Source: the human T2T-CHM13v2.0 reference genome, Homo sapiens
NCBI RefSeq assembly: GCF_009914755.1
Contig: NC_060927.1
DNA: 64,000 bases
Strand: one strand, 5' to 3'
The notes below the pieces were generated by a model, which saw only the letters and a list, made by a program, of their open reading frames with translations, searched no databases and was not told the DNA's origin. Every line of letters begins with the position of its first letter. Position 1 is the first letter of the stretch. A program made the position numbers and the translations under genes. Positions 1-12,600 of this stretch are shown piece by piece.

Positions 1-1601
1 TCGGTTGCCAGTATTTTACTGAGGATTTTTGCATCGATGTTCATCAAGGATATTCGTCTGAAATTTTACTTTTTGTTGTGTCTCTGCCAGGTTTTGGTAT
101 CAGAAAGATGCTGGCTTCATAAAATGAGTTAGGGAGGAGTCCCTCTTTTTCTGTTGTTTGAAATAGTTTCAGAACGAATGGTACCAGCTCCTCCTGGTAG
201 AATTTGGCTGTTGATCTGTCTGGTCCTGGGCTTTTTTTGATTGGTAGGCTATTGATTACTGCCTCAATTTCAGAATTTGTTATTGGTCTATTCAGGGATT
301 TGACTTCGTCCTGGTTTAGTCTTGGGAGGGTGTATGTGTGCAGGAAGTTATCCATTTCTTCTAGATTTTCTAGTTTATTTGCATGGAGGTGTTTATAGTA
401 TTCTCTGATGGTAGTTTGTATTTCTGTGGGATCGGTGGTGATATCCCCTTTATCATTTTTTATTGTGTCTATTTTATTCTGCTCTCTTCTCTTCTTTGTT
501 AGTCTGGCTAGTGGTCTATTTTGTTAATGTTTTCAAAAAACAGCTCCTGGATTCATTGATTTTTGAAGGGTTTTTCATGTCTCTATCTCCTTCAGTTCTG
601 CTCTGATCTTAGTTATTTCTTGTCTTCTGTCAGTTTTCGAATTTGTTTGCTCTTCCTTCTCTAGTTCTTTTAATTGTGATGTTAGGGTGTCAATTTTAGA
701 TCTTTCCCTCTTTTTCCTGTGGGCATTTAATGCTATAAATTTCCCTCTAAACACTGTTTTAGCTGTGTCCTAGAGATTCTGGTATATTGTGTCTTTGTTC
801 CCATTGGTTTCAGTGAACTTCTTTATTTCTGACTTAATTTTGTTATTTACCCTGTAGTCATTCAGGAGCAGGTAGTTCGGATTTGAGTGAGTTTCTGAAT
901 CCTGAGTTCTAATTTGATTGCACTGTCTGAGAAACTGTTATGATTTCCATTCTTTTGCATTTGCTGAGGAAGTTTTTACTTCCAATTATGTAGTCAATTT
1001 TAGAATAAGTGCAATGTGTGTTGAGAAGAATGTATATAATGCTGATTTGGGGTGGAGAGTTCTGTAGATATCTATTAGATCTGCTTGGCTGAGAGCTGAG
1101 TTCAAGTCCTAAATATTCTTGTTAATTTTCTGTCTCATTGATCTGTCTAATATTAAAAGTGGGGTGTTAAAGTCTCCCACTATTATTGTGTGGGAGTCAA
1201 AGTTTCTTTGTAGGTCTCTAAGAACTTGCTTTATGAATCTGGGTGCTCCTGTATTGGGTGCATATATATTTAGGACAGTTAGCTCTTGTTGCTGCATTGA
1301 TCCCTTTACCATTATGTAATGCCCTTGTCTCTTTTGATCTTTGTTGGTTAAAGTCTGTTTTATCAGAGACTACAATTGCAACCCCAGCTCTTTTTCGCTT
1401 TCCATTTGCTTGGTAAATATTCCTCCATCCCTTTATTTTGAGCGTATGTGTGTCTTTGCACATGAGATGGGTCTCCTGAATACAGCACAGAGATGTGGCT
1501 TGACTCTTTATCAAGTTTACCCGTCTGTGTCTTATAATAGGGGCATTTAGCCCCTTTATATTTAAGTTTAGTATTGTTATGTGTGAATTTGACCCTGTCA
1601 T
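1..1601 (-). pseudogene. L1 ORF2p N-terminal remnant (APE endonuclease, Z region), frameshifted
   Basis: MTGSNSHITILNLNIKGLNAPI...CCIQETHL; VLNIYAPNTGAPRFIKQ...IIVGDFNTPL; KKSPGPD...[19 protein letters not shown], in different frames. Confidence 0.92.
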
Positions 1602-1664
1602 TTTGATGCTAGCTGGTTATTTTGCCCTTTAGTTGATGCAGTTTCTTCATGGTGTTGACGGTCT

Positions 1665-2686
1665 TTACAATTTGATATGTTTTTGCAGTGGCTGGTACCA
1701 ATTTTCCTTTCCATATTTAGCACTTCCTTCAGGAGCTCTTGTAAGGCAGGCCTGGTGGTGACAAAATACCTCAGCATTTGCTTGTCTGTAAAAGATTTTA
1801 TTTCTTCTTTGCTTATGAAGCTTAGTTTGGATGGATATGAAATTCTGGGTTGGAAATTCTTTTCTTTAAGAATATTGAGTATTGGCACCCACTTTCTTCT
1901 GGCTTGTAGGGTTTCTCCAGAGAGATCAACTGTTAGTCTGATGGCCTTCCCTTTATGGGTAACCCAGCCTTTCTCTCTGACTACCCTTAACATTTTTTCC
2001 TTCATTTCAACCTTGGTGAATCTGACGATTATGTGTCTTGGGGTTGCTCTTCTCGAGGAGTATCTTTGTGGTGTTCTCTGTATTTCCTGAATTTGAATGT
2101 TGGCTTGTCTTGCCAGGTTGGGGAAGTTCTCCTGGACAATATTTTGAAGAGTGTTTTCCAACTTGGTTCCATTCTCCTGATCATTTTCAGGTACACCAAT
2201 CAAATGTAGGTTTGCTCTTTTTACATAGTCCCATATTTCTTGGAGGCTTTGTTCATTCCTTTTCATCCTTTATTCTCTAATATTGTCTTCACACTGTATT
2301 TAATTAAGTTGATTTTCAATCTCTGATATCCATTCTTCTGCTTGATCGATTCAGCTATTGATATTTGTCTATGCTTCACAAAGTTCTCGTGCTGTGTTTT
2401 TCAGCTCCATCAGGTCATTTATGTTCTTCTCTAAACTGGTTATTCTAGTTAGCAATTCATCTAACCCTTTTTCAAGGTTCTTAGCTTTCTTGCATTGCAT
2501 TAGAACATGCTCCTTTATCTTGGAGGAGTTTATTACCCACCTTCTGAAGCCTACTTCTGTCAATTCATCAAACTCATTTTCCATACAGTTTTTTTCCGTA
2601 GCTGGCGAGAAGTTGTGATCTTTTGGAGGAGAAGAGGTGTTCTGGTTTTTGGAATTTTCAGCCTTTTTGCACTAGTTTTTTCTCAT
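1665..2686 (-). pseudogene. L1 ORF1p remnant (RNA-binding protein), broken by stops/frameshifts
   Basis: Fragments MENEFDELTEVGFRRWVI (2584-2369) and KRNEQSLQEIWDYVKR...YSSRRATPRHIIVRFTKVEMKEKML...NFQPRISYPSKLSF (2266-); ATG at 2686, native stop TAA at 1667-1665. Confidence 0.9.
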
Positions 2687-3981
2687 CTTCATGGATTTAT
2701 CTACCTTTGGTCTTTGATGTTGGTGACCTTTGGATGGGGTTTTTGTGTGGATGTCCTTTTTGTTGATGTTGATGCTATTCCTTTCTGTTTGTTAGTTTTC
2801 TTTCTAACATTCAGGCCCCTCTGCTGCAGATCTGCTGGTGGTCCTCTTCTTCAGACTTCTGTGCTGGCAGTGAGAATTTCAAGCCAGTGGATCTTACCTT
2901 TCTGGGCTCCATGGGGGTGGGATCTGCTGAGCTAGACAACTTGGCTCCCTGGTTCAGCCCCCTTTCCAGGGGAGTGAACAGTTCTGTCTCGCTGGCATTC
3001 CAGGTGCCACTGGGGTATGAAAAAAAGGAAAACTCCTGCAGCTAGCTCGGTGTCTGCCCAAATGGCAGCCCAGTTTTGTGCTTGAAACCCAGGGTCCTGT
3101 TGATGTAGGCACCCAAGGGAATTTCTTGGTCTGTGGGTTGTGAAGACCATGGGGAAAGCATAGTATCTGGGCCAGAATGCACCTTTCTTCACAGCACAGT
3201 CCCTCATGGCTTCCCTTGGCTAGGGGAGGGAGTTCTCCAACCCTTGTGTTTCCCAGGTGAGGTGGCGCCCCACCCTACTTTGGCTCACCCGTGGGCTGCA
3301 CCCACTGTTTAACCAGTCCCAATGAGATGAGTACCTCAGTTGGAAATGCAGAAATCACCCACCTTCTGCATTGGTCTCACTGGGAGCTGCAGACCGGAGC
3401 TGTTCCTACTCGGCCACCTTGCCAGCCACCCTGAAAAGTGAACTTTTAAGTTACATAGGTCTGAGCCATGTGTTCTAAAATATATTGTTGTTTTGACTTC
3501 AATTTAAGTGAGATTTGTGCTTTTTAATAGAAGGTTGCACATTTTTCTTCTCTTTTAAAGCTTAACAGAAATTCAAAGGCACACATTATAGAAAAGTGAA
3601 GCTCTAGGTTGATAATAAAATAAGATAAACCACAAAAAAATCTGCCTTTTATTAACATAGTTCTTGTCCCATGTCAAAATTCAAGCACTAGAGTTTTGTA
3701 TTCAGCCTTATTGAGTCAGTTAGCTAACTCTATGCTTTGCTTCTATGTGGCTGCTTGTTTTAGTGAGGCAGAGCCTTGACTATAGTAGTTATCCAACACA
3801 TTTGTTGAAGTATATTGAGATAAAGAGCTATAAGAACATTTGAGCCTATTTGAATTGCTTGGCAAAGAACTATATATTCAATGTTCACAAATTTTATGGA
3901 ATTGGGTCTTCTTAAATAGAGAAAGAATTTGAATCATGGAGGAGTTTCTAATTATGCCTACTATATTGGCAACTATAATGT

Positions 3982-4560
3982 TGTATAAGTCAGATCTCTT
4001 TTAAGTAATAAAACCTCAGCTGAAACTGGTTCAAGAGATAGACAATAGATAGATAGACAGATGGACAGATAGAGTTTTTTAGCTCAGGAAATAATGTTTC
4101 ATAAGTAGTTTGGATTTGATTTAGGAATTCAAATAATGTAATCTGGATTTATTCTCTTTCAGACACATATGTGCATGGGCACACCCACACAGACTTACAC
4201 ACACTTCTGCTTTCTTGGTTGTTGACTTCATTCTCCAGTAGCTCACTCCCTCTATGTAGTTGACTCCAAATTTCTAGGCTTACACTCTCATATCTTAGCA
4301 AGTGGTCCTGGTAGAAAAGTGATCATCCCTAATTGAATAGACATAAAAATGTCCCAGACTTGAGAATCATTCCTTAAAGTCAGCTGCTCTCTCTGTGGGC
4401 ACAGAGATGAACTGGACTGGCTCTCATCATAGGTCTGTGTTTGTGTCTGGGGTATAGGCTCCAGGGACATAGATCAGTCCCGTGTCTGGGATATAAGTTC
4501 CAGGGATATAGGTTGGTCCCTCCTGAAAGTGAATGAAAATAGAGACAGATGGCTCACCAC
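3982..4560 (-). mobile_element. Old MaLR LTR relic (MLT1K/L-like)
   Basis: Degenerate similarity to MLT1 (aaacctcagctgaaactgg..., gacttcattctc, ctaggcttacactctc); boundaries approximate. Confidence 0.4.
4443..4520. repeat. 39-bp tandem duplication (2 copies)
   Basis: 4443-4481 vs 4482-4520, 32/39 identical. Confidence 0.85.
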
Positions 4561-5354
4561 ATGAAATATCATTGTGTTAATTCCAGATGAACTGTTAAAA
4601 ACTATTAAAATAAGTAAATACAGTCAATGTTCACAACTGGTATGAAACATAGTAGTGAAAAAACATAAGGGAAAATTATATACTGTAACATCACACTTGG
4701 CTTATGGTCTTCATTAATATCTCTTAACTTCAACATGAACCTCACACAATGATTTAGTGTCCTCAACTCCAATGATCTCCATTCATTAGAAAACAGAAGT
4801 CAGTGTTTGTGGCTTAAACTACGGTAGGTACTGAAGACAAGTCTTGGCATACATATGGGATGGAGGTAGCTTAGTGCTGTAGGTTTGAAACCATGTGGAG
4901 CTAAACAGTCTCAAAATTCCACACCCACATTGCCAACTCTATCTGCATATACCTTAGTATGACAAATTCAATTATTCCAACAGTAAACTCATTCAGTATG
5001 TCTCAAGCTGAACTGATTCTTTCCTGCCAAATCAGTTATCTTCTAACTTTCTATTAAACTCCTCATGATTCTTCATTGGAAGCTTCCCCATAATGGCTTC
5101 TACAACATATTTTGTTTTTTAAAAATTAATTTAAATTTTGAGTATATAATTAATTCACTTTTAACAGTAAAAGGTTTTTCTCTCTTCTTTATCTGTTAGC
5201 TCCCTGTATGATAGTGTACACAAACACTACTATAAATTTCTTATAGGTTATCTTTTTAAAGATACATATGTATACACAAAAATGCATACTTAGGTTAGTC
5301 TAAAATAAGTTATGTTCCAGGATCTACCTTATTTTTAAAAATACATATTTTTTC

Positions 5355-5651
5355 AAGAGACAGAGACTCACTGTGTTGCCCAAATGAAATGCAGTGGCTA
5401 TTCACAGGCTTGATCCCACTACTGATCAGCCTGGGTGTTTGGATCTGCTCCACTTCTGACCTAGGCTAATTCACACCCCTAGGCAAGCTGGTGGTCCCCC
5501 ACTCCAAGAGGTCACTATATTGATACCAAACTTATTGTGGATAACCCAATTAGTATAGCAAACTGCAGCCCAGAGCTCTAGGGCTCAAAAAATCCTCCCG
5601 CCCCAGACTCCCAAGTAGCAGGGACTCTAAGCACCTGCCACTGTGCCTGGC
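5355..5651 (-). pseudogene. Full-length 7SL (SRP) RNA retro-pseudogene
   Basis: Reverse complement follows RN7SL end to end including the S domain absent from Alu (plus strand gcagtggctattcacaggc..gatcccactactgatcagc, ggcaagctggtggtcccc, gaggtcactatattgataccaaactta); many CpG-type substitutions; degraded A-tail at ~5330-5354. Confidence 0.92.
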
Positions 5652-5961
5652 TGGGCTCTACTTTTTATCCCTTTACAATATATCTTATAGCTTGTTTTTA
5701 TATCAATTTAAAATAAACAATCTCATTTTAAAATGGATGCCTAATATGACCTGATATCCTTGCATATAATATATGTACCAGTCCTTTTTTGATGAGCATA
5801 AATTTCCAACTTTTTGCTGTTCCAAGCAATGCTGCAATAAGTAACACTGTACATATATTACATATATATTTTATTATTGAGTTTTAAAATCTCTTTGTAT
5901 ATAATGGAAATTAAGCTCTTGTCTATAAATTCTAAAGTTTTTTTATTCAAGTATGTAATAG

Positions 5962-7600
5962 CCATGCTCACAGAGAGGAAGAATCAACATTGTTAAAATG
6001 GCCATACTGCCCAAAGCAATTTATAGATTCAATGCTATTCCTATTAAATTACTGTTGATATTCTTCATAGAACTAGAAAACACTATTTTAAAATTCATGT
6101 GGAACAACAACAACAAAATATCCAAAAAACCAAGGCAACCCTAAACAAAAAACAAAGCTGGAGGCATCACAGTACCCGACTTCAAACTACAGTAACCAAA
6201 CAGCATGGTACTGGTACAAAAACAAACACATAGACCAATGGAACAGAAGAGATAACACAGAAATAAGGCCACACACCTACAGCTATCTGATCTTCGACAA
6301 AGCTGTCAAAAACAAGCAATGGAAGAAGGATTCTCATTTCAATAAATGGTGCTGGGATAACTGCCTAGCCACATGCGGAAGATCGAAACTGACCCTTTCC
6401 TTATACCACATACAAAAATTAACTCAAGATGGATTAAATACTTAAATATAAAACCCAAAAGTATAAAAACCCTGGAATACAACCAAGGCAATACCATTCT
6501 GGACATAGGAATGGGCGAAGATTTCATGATAAAAACACCAAAAGCAATTGCAACGAAAGCAAAAATTGACAAATAGGATCTACTTAAACTAAAGAACTTC
6601 TGCACAGCAAAGGAAACTCTTGACAGAGTGAACAGATAACTTATATATTGGGAGAAAATATTTGCAAACTGTGCATCTGACTAAAGTTTAATATCCAGCA
6701 TCGATAAGAAACTTAATGAAATTTACCAGAAAAAAATAAGCAACCCCATTGAAAAGTGAGCAAATGAAATGAAGATGCTTTTCAAAACAAGACATGTGTG
6801 TGGCCAAAAATCAAATGCAAAAAAGCTCAACATCACTGATCATTAGAGAAATGCAAATCGAAACCACAGTAAGATACCATTTCACACCAGTAGGAATGGC
6901 TATTAATAAAAAGTCAAAAAAGTAACAGATGCTGGTAAGGTTGCAGAGAAAAAGGAATGCTTATACACTGTTGGTGGGATTGTAAATTAGTTCAACCATT
7001 GTGGAAGACAGTGTGATGATTCCTCAAAAACCTAAAAACAGAAATACCATTCAACCTAGCAATCCCCTTACTGGATACATACCCAAAAGAATCTAACTCA
7101 TTCTATTGTAAAGACACATGCACACTTATGTTCATTGCAGCACTATTCACAATAGCAAAGACATGGAATCAACTTAAATGCCCATCAAGGTACACTGGAT
7201 AAAGAAAATGTGGTATATATACACCATGGAATACTATGTAGCCATAAAAAAAGGACATCATGTCCTTTGCAGAAATATGGATGGAGCTGGAGGCATTACC
7301 CTTAGCAAATTAATACAGAAAAAGAACCAAATACTGCATGTTCTCACTTATAAGTGGGAGCTAAATGATGAGAACACGTGGACACATGGAGTGGAACAAC
7401 ACACACTGGCACCTATTGGACATTGGAGGGTGGGAGAAGGGAGAGCATCAGGAAAAATAACTAATGGGCACTAGGCTTAATACTTGCATGATGAAATAAT
7501 CTGTACAACAAACCCCCTTGACACAAGTTTACCTATATAACAAACCTAAACATGTACCCCTGAACTTAAAATAAAAATTAAATTAAAAAAATAAAAACTA
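5962..7600 (+). mobile_element. 5'-truncated LINE-1 (L1PA13-16-like), ORF2 3' end + 3'UTR + A-rich tail
   Basis: ORF2 peptide ...[24 protein letters not shown]..., WIKKMWYIYTMEYY; 3'UTR caggaaaaataactaatgg...ctgtacaacaaacccc...atgtacccctgaacttaaaataaaa. Confidence 0.92.
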
Positions 7601-7604
7601 AAGT

Positions 7605-7790
7605 GTGTGGGTTCTAAATTCAGAAAAATCATATTTCCGAGTTTTGGACCTACATATTGAAGCTGTGTGAACCAAGACTAACTTCCATGTAATGTGCAAC
7701 TTATGAAAGTATCTATAGGACTCTATTTCCTCATCTATGTAATGGGGTTAGTAAGACTCAGTTGCTATGAGAAATAAATGAGGTGATGCC
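7605..7790 (+). mobile_element. MIR SINE relic
   Basis: Core ctatttcctcatctatgtaatgggg...gttgctatgagaaataaatgag. Confidence 0.65.
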
Positions 7791-9340
7791 TTCAAGCCAC
7801 TGATTATTTTCATTGACATAATATTTGAATTTGCATCATTGGGTAGACTGAACCTCTTTTATAACATTGGATATATACTCTGCTTTATAAGATAACCTCA
7901 CCATGTAAGATAATTGCCATGCATAATGTTCAAAGGATCAATATAGACCACTCACATGGCTTGAGGATGAAGACATGTCAGCGTTTGAACCAATTTGTTA
8001 AGCAACAACTACTAGAAAACAGATGCCTCAAAAAAATCCCAATTGAATATTAAGAATTTTGTCAGTCTTCAAGAAAAAAAAAAAGGTACTGTATACCTTC
8101 ACAGTCAAAATACTGGAGATTTAAGGTGACTGGAATACTGCCAATTCTTTTGTTTGAAATTGATTTGCCCTTTGAAGTGTTTTGGCAGAATTTTGGCCTC
8201 ATTCTCCCTTTTCCCAACAAATGCACCTATCCGGCTACCATAAAGAAGTTACAGAAATGTTTTGCTTTATATAATCAAGGGAACTAGCTAAACTTGAAGA
8301 ATCTGCCTGAAAACCCATAATCCAGGGTGACTATCTCTATGTTTTATCAAATTGGTTTAAAAAGTGCAGGATCTTTACTTCTGGTAACTTCAGGTGATGC
8401 TCTGTGCACATGCTCACTGCCTTATCTTGAGGGAACAAGAACCAGGGAATAATGTTTCCTTGAAATCCCTTAGGTGAACATTATCTCCCATCTCCCTATT
8501 TACTTGTAAACAAAGCATAACAAAATAAAATCCAGAAGATTGAGAGTGTTGGTTCTTTCAGAAACTTCCCTTTTGGTGAAAATCATTAGTCAGTGAAAAA
8601 TAGCTCTTCACCTAGGAGACAAATAAATTAGAAAAGGCCAATATGTTTGTGAGAATTTCAGGGAAAGTATAAATGGAAGAACCAGATTCACAAGGAAAAA
8701 ATATTTCTTCAATTCAGAGAGGACACTAGAACAAAACAAAACAACTTGATTTAATACAATCAGAGGGAGAAAAACATTTAAAATGTGTTGTGTGTAGGTA
8801 TGTAATGCCCTAACGGAGACAGATATTTATTACGTATCATTTATTCAAAATTTTAGTGTGCCTGTGTGTTGTTGTGTATTTGTTGTACAAGTTTCTGAGT
8901 AATACTTCCACCAGTTTCAGTTCAGCAACCTTTGGAATTTGTTGAGAAAAGCCAGGAACTGTACTGTAGGGTCAGAATGGCTGACTTCTCTCCATGCTTT
9001 CACTCGGGTAACGAGGCAAGCTGTCATAACTATGGTTTCTGGTGTACAGGGGAGGTTTTGACTCCAATGTCATAAATCTCAGCAGTAGAAATAATCAAAT
9101 AGGTAAGTTCTTTTTGTAGGGCATGTCAGTACATGTCCTCTGCCCAATTTCTAAAGTATAATGTATCTCTTGGGTTTTCAAAGTCAGGCACAAAATCCTC
9201 AGTTTAGAATGTACACAGTGACCCTCACCATTACTGAATGAATTGCTTCATGCTGTACTGTCCAGAAATATCAGAGAGTAGGTCTCTGTGTTTAACAAAC
9301 ACAGCACTGACTCTGTTTGGTTCTTGCATTTGGCTAGGTT

Positions 9341-9500
9341 AGCAGTTGTCAACTCGGGGTGAATTTGCCCCCGCCTCCCCAGGGGACATCTGGCAATGTC
9401 TGATCATGTGTTTAATTATCACACCTGTAACCCAGTGGGTAGAGGCCAGGGACCCTCCTCCACCACCCAAATGTCAATGGTGCCAAAGTTGAGAAACCTT
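9341..9500 (+). mobile_element. MER20 (hAT-Charlie MITE), internally deleted
   Basis: ccaggggacatctggcaatgtctg...agtgggtagaggccaggga...aaatgtcaatggtgccaaagttgagaaacc. Confidence 0.8.
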
Positions 9501-11674
9501 GGGTTAGTTTTTGGGTTGAGCACAAATTCAGATAAAAACATAACTCAGCTCCTTAAATAAAAATTTGATAAAGGAAATGTAACAATGAATATACTGAAAT
9601 TTCATTTTGAAGTCCCTGAGATTTTGTCATATAAAAACATGTGGGCACAGTTTCTTACCCCTTTAATTCTAATTCTCTTCTGATAAGTGGATTTTGCCAA
9701 GTGAAAGAAGACTGAAACTTATCTTCTCTAGGAGAAAAAAATAACTTGGTTGTTTGCATTGCAGTAGCTCAATTATGAATAATCTATAATTTTCCAACCC
9801 TTGAGAAATGGCTTTTAGCTATTTTTCTTTTTTTTCTCTAAGAAAATGTAAGATTAAAATGGTTTTTACCTATGCAGGTATACCTTGCCTTAAGCAAGTT
9901 CTATATATACGAAAACACAAATTTATAAAGAATATTAATCTGAGCCAAGTGTTTGCTTTAGAAAAAGAATTTGTTGCTTTAAAAAAGACAGTGTGGGAAG
10001 TTTCCTGCAAATTTTTAAATCATGGCACATTTACAGATAGTTTGACCCATTTTCTGCTTTGGGAAACACATAAATATTAATTGAAAAATTAAAAATATAA
10101 AATTAGCGAATCAATTAGCCATCTTAAAAATATCTGCTAATTTTCTAACAGAAATCGCTTCATTTGGCTGAGTAAATACAATAGTTGAAGTGTAGGCTTT
10201 ACATAAGTATTGTATCTATTAAACAGGTTCCAATAATGTTCTTTTCTTTTCTCTACACTGCTATCATTCTTCTGTGAAGAATGGTACCTTAATCTTATAT
10301 TGAGGTAATCATTCTTATGTGAAAAACTGCCAAAATTAAGACTTTTTGTTTTTCTTATCAGTCTAAGTTTTCAGGGGTGTTAACACAACTGAACAGGCTT
10401 ACATCTAATGCAGTATTGCATCATGGATATGTCAAATACATATTGAAAATCACAAGAAAAAATAGAATAACAGCATTAAATATAATCCAACCCAAATCCC
10501 TAGCAACTATTTTCAAAATTTCTGCAAAATGCACACTTTATTCACTTATTCATTCATCCCTTCTAGCAACAATTATATATCTAGTACCTGTGGGATTTTA
10601 GTACCCAGGAGAGGCACTCTAGCACCTGCATCTTTGGTTATGGCTATTCAGTTTTTAAACCACATAGGCAAGGTCCTTCCCTAAGTTTACAGTATAGAGG
10701 TAAAGAGGATGAGTGAAACTCAGTCTGCTCAGTGGACAGCTGATGAAGGGCAGGGCCATGAAACTGTACAGAAGCAGCAAAACTAGCTTTGTCCAGAGAG
10801 TCAGGGACAACCTCTTAGAGAAATAACTTAGGAAGAAAATCTTTTAGGAGATCCAAGAAAAAGAGATGACAAATGAGAAGATAACCTCCTTAAGTGCCCA
10901 TGGAAATTTGAAGTTCACTTCAAACCATTCATTACATTGTTATTTAATAAACTCAGATATAGTGGTGGGAGCATTTATTTGTAATAGAATCCAAAAGCTA
11001 GACTAGAATATATAGAAGATTTTTTTTAATAATCAGTACCTAAAAGTGTATCAGTGATATAATCTCCAGAGTAGATTCACCCTTTTTTTTTTTTTTTTTT
11101 ACTGACAGGAGTCTATCTTTGACCAGGGTATAGATTCAAAGAGTAAATCCATAATCGATGAGCTGCGTACCCGTGGAGAATTCATGAGTCTACTCTGAGT
11201 CTCAGTTTTGTCATTCTTAAAATAGGCATAATATCTACCTTTAGAATTTTGTCCTGAGAATTCAAGGTAACTCCATAATTTCTAGCTCATGGCAGGTACA
11301 CATCAAGTGGTAGTTTAATTTTTCTCCTAACTAAAAGAAATTGGTCATCAAATATAAAAACATAGTTCCCAGACAAAAATTACTTTTTAAAGATAAATGA
11401 TAAATCTACATATATATAATACATATATTATCTGTGAAAAGCATTATAAAATAATTTCTTAATTTCGTATAAGAGAAATAATTTAAAAAGAACATTTGAT
11501 AAGATGGACTGGCAAACCTGAAAGAGATTTTTATTATTGGAATATAAAAAAATTATATAAAATTGTTAAACATGACAAAAATGGAAGATGAGTAATAAGC
11601 AAAGACTAAAGTAATATGTACACAAAACTGTATGATATGGAAGATAATCAATTCATATTTAAACTATTACATTT

Positions 11675-12136
11675 TATAGTAGGCTGAATTATGAGCCCCA
11701 AAAATATCTCTGTCCTGATTTTCAGAACCTGTCAATATGTCAACTTGTGCAATAAAAGGGACTTTGCAGATGTAATTAAGTAAAAGATCTTAAGATGAGG
11801 AGATTATCCTAAACTATCTGGGTGAACCCAATGTAACCAAGCGTTAGGATTTTTATAAGAAGGTGGTGGGAAGATGAGACTTAGTAATAGGAGGTGTCAC
11901 TTTAGAAGCAAGAGGTTAGTGTGACGCAAGAAAGGGCCTGAGAGCCAGGGAATGGAGGAAGCTGGAAAAGGCAAGAACGTGAACTCTCCCTCTGAGCCTC
12001 CAGTGCAATGTAGCTTGGCCAACACCTAGATTTTGGACTTCTGACTGCCAGATCGGTAGGGTAATAAATTTTTATTAGTTTACCCACTACGTTTGTGGTA
12101 ATTTGTTACAGCAGCAATTAAAAAAAAACTAATACA
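11675..12136 (+). mobile_element. MaLR solo LTR (MLT1D/C-like)
   Basis: aaaagggactttgcagatgtaattaag..gaggagattatcct; 3' end ttgtggtaatttgttacagcagcaa..aactaataca. Confidence 0.88.
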
Positions 12137-12209
12137 AGTCTAAACATGCCCAGGTGTTCAGAAAATCATGTGAAGGAAGACGGCTGACAATGGCTGACAC
12201 AATAAATGA

Positions 12210-12600
<391 letters not shown>

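Larger units (their letters stand above)
1..3431 (-). mobile_element. LINE-1, L1PA7-like (L1PA6-8): 5' end, 5'UTR, ORF1 and 5' part of ORF2; continues beyond left edge
   Basis: Minus strand begins GGGTGGCTGGCAAGGTGGCCGAGTAGGAACAGCTCCGGTCTGCAGCTCCCAG (L1PA6-8-type 5' end); ORF track gives ORF1 and ORF2 peptides; preceded on minus strand by TT|AAAAGTTCACTTTTCA (3449-3432), a canonical L1 endonuclease site/candidate TSD. Confidence 0.95.

Noticed and set aside
1-2686. L1 ORF1/ORF2 as active genes
   Set aside because: Multiple stops, frameshifts and small deletions; not retrotransposition-competent
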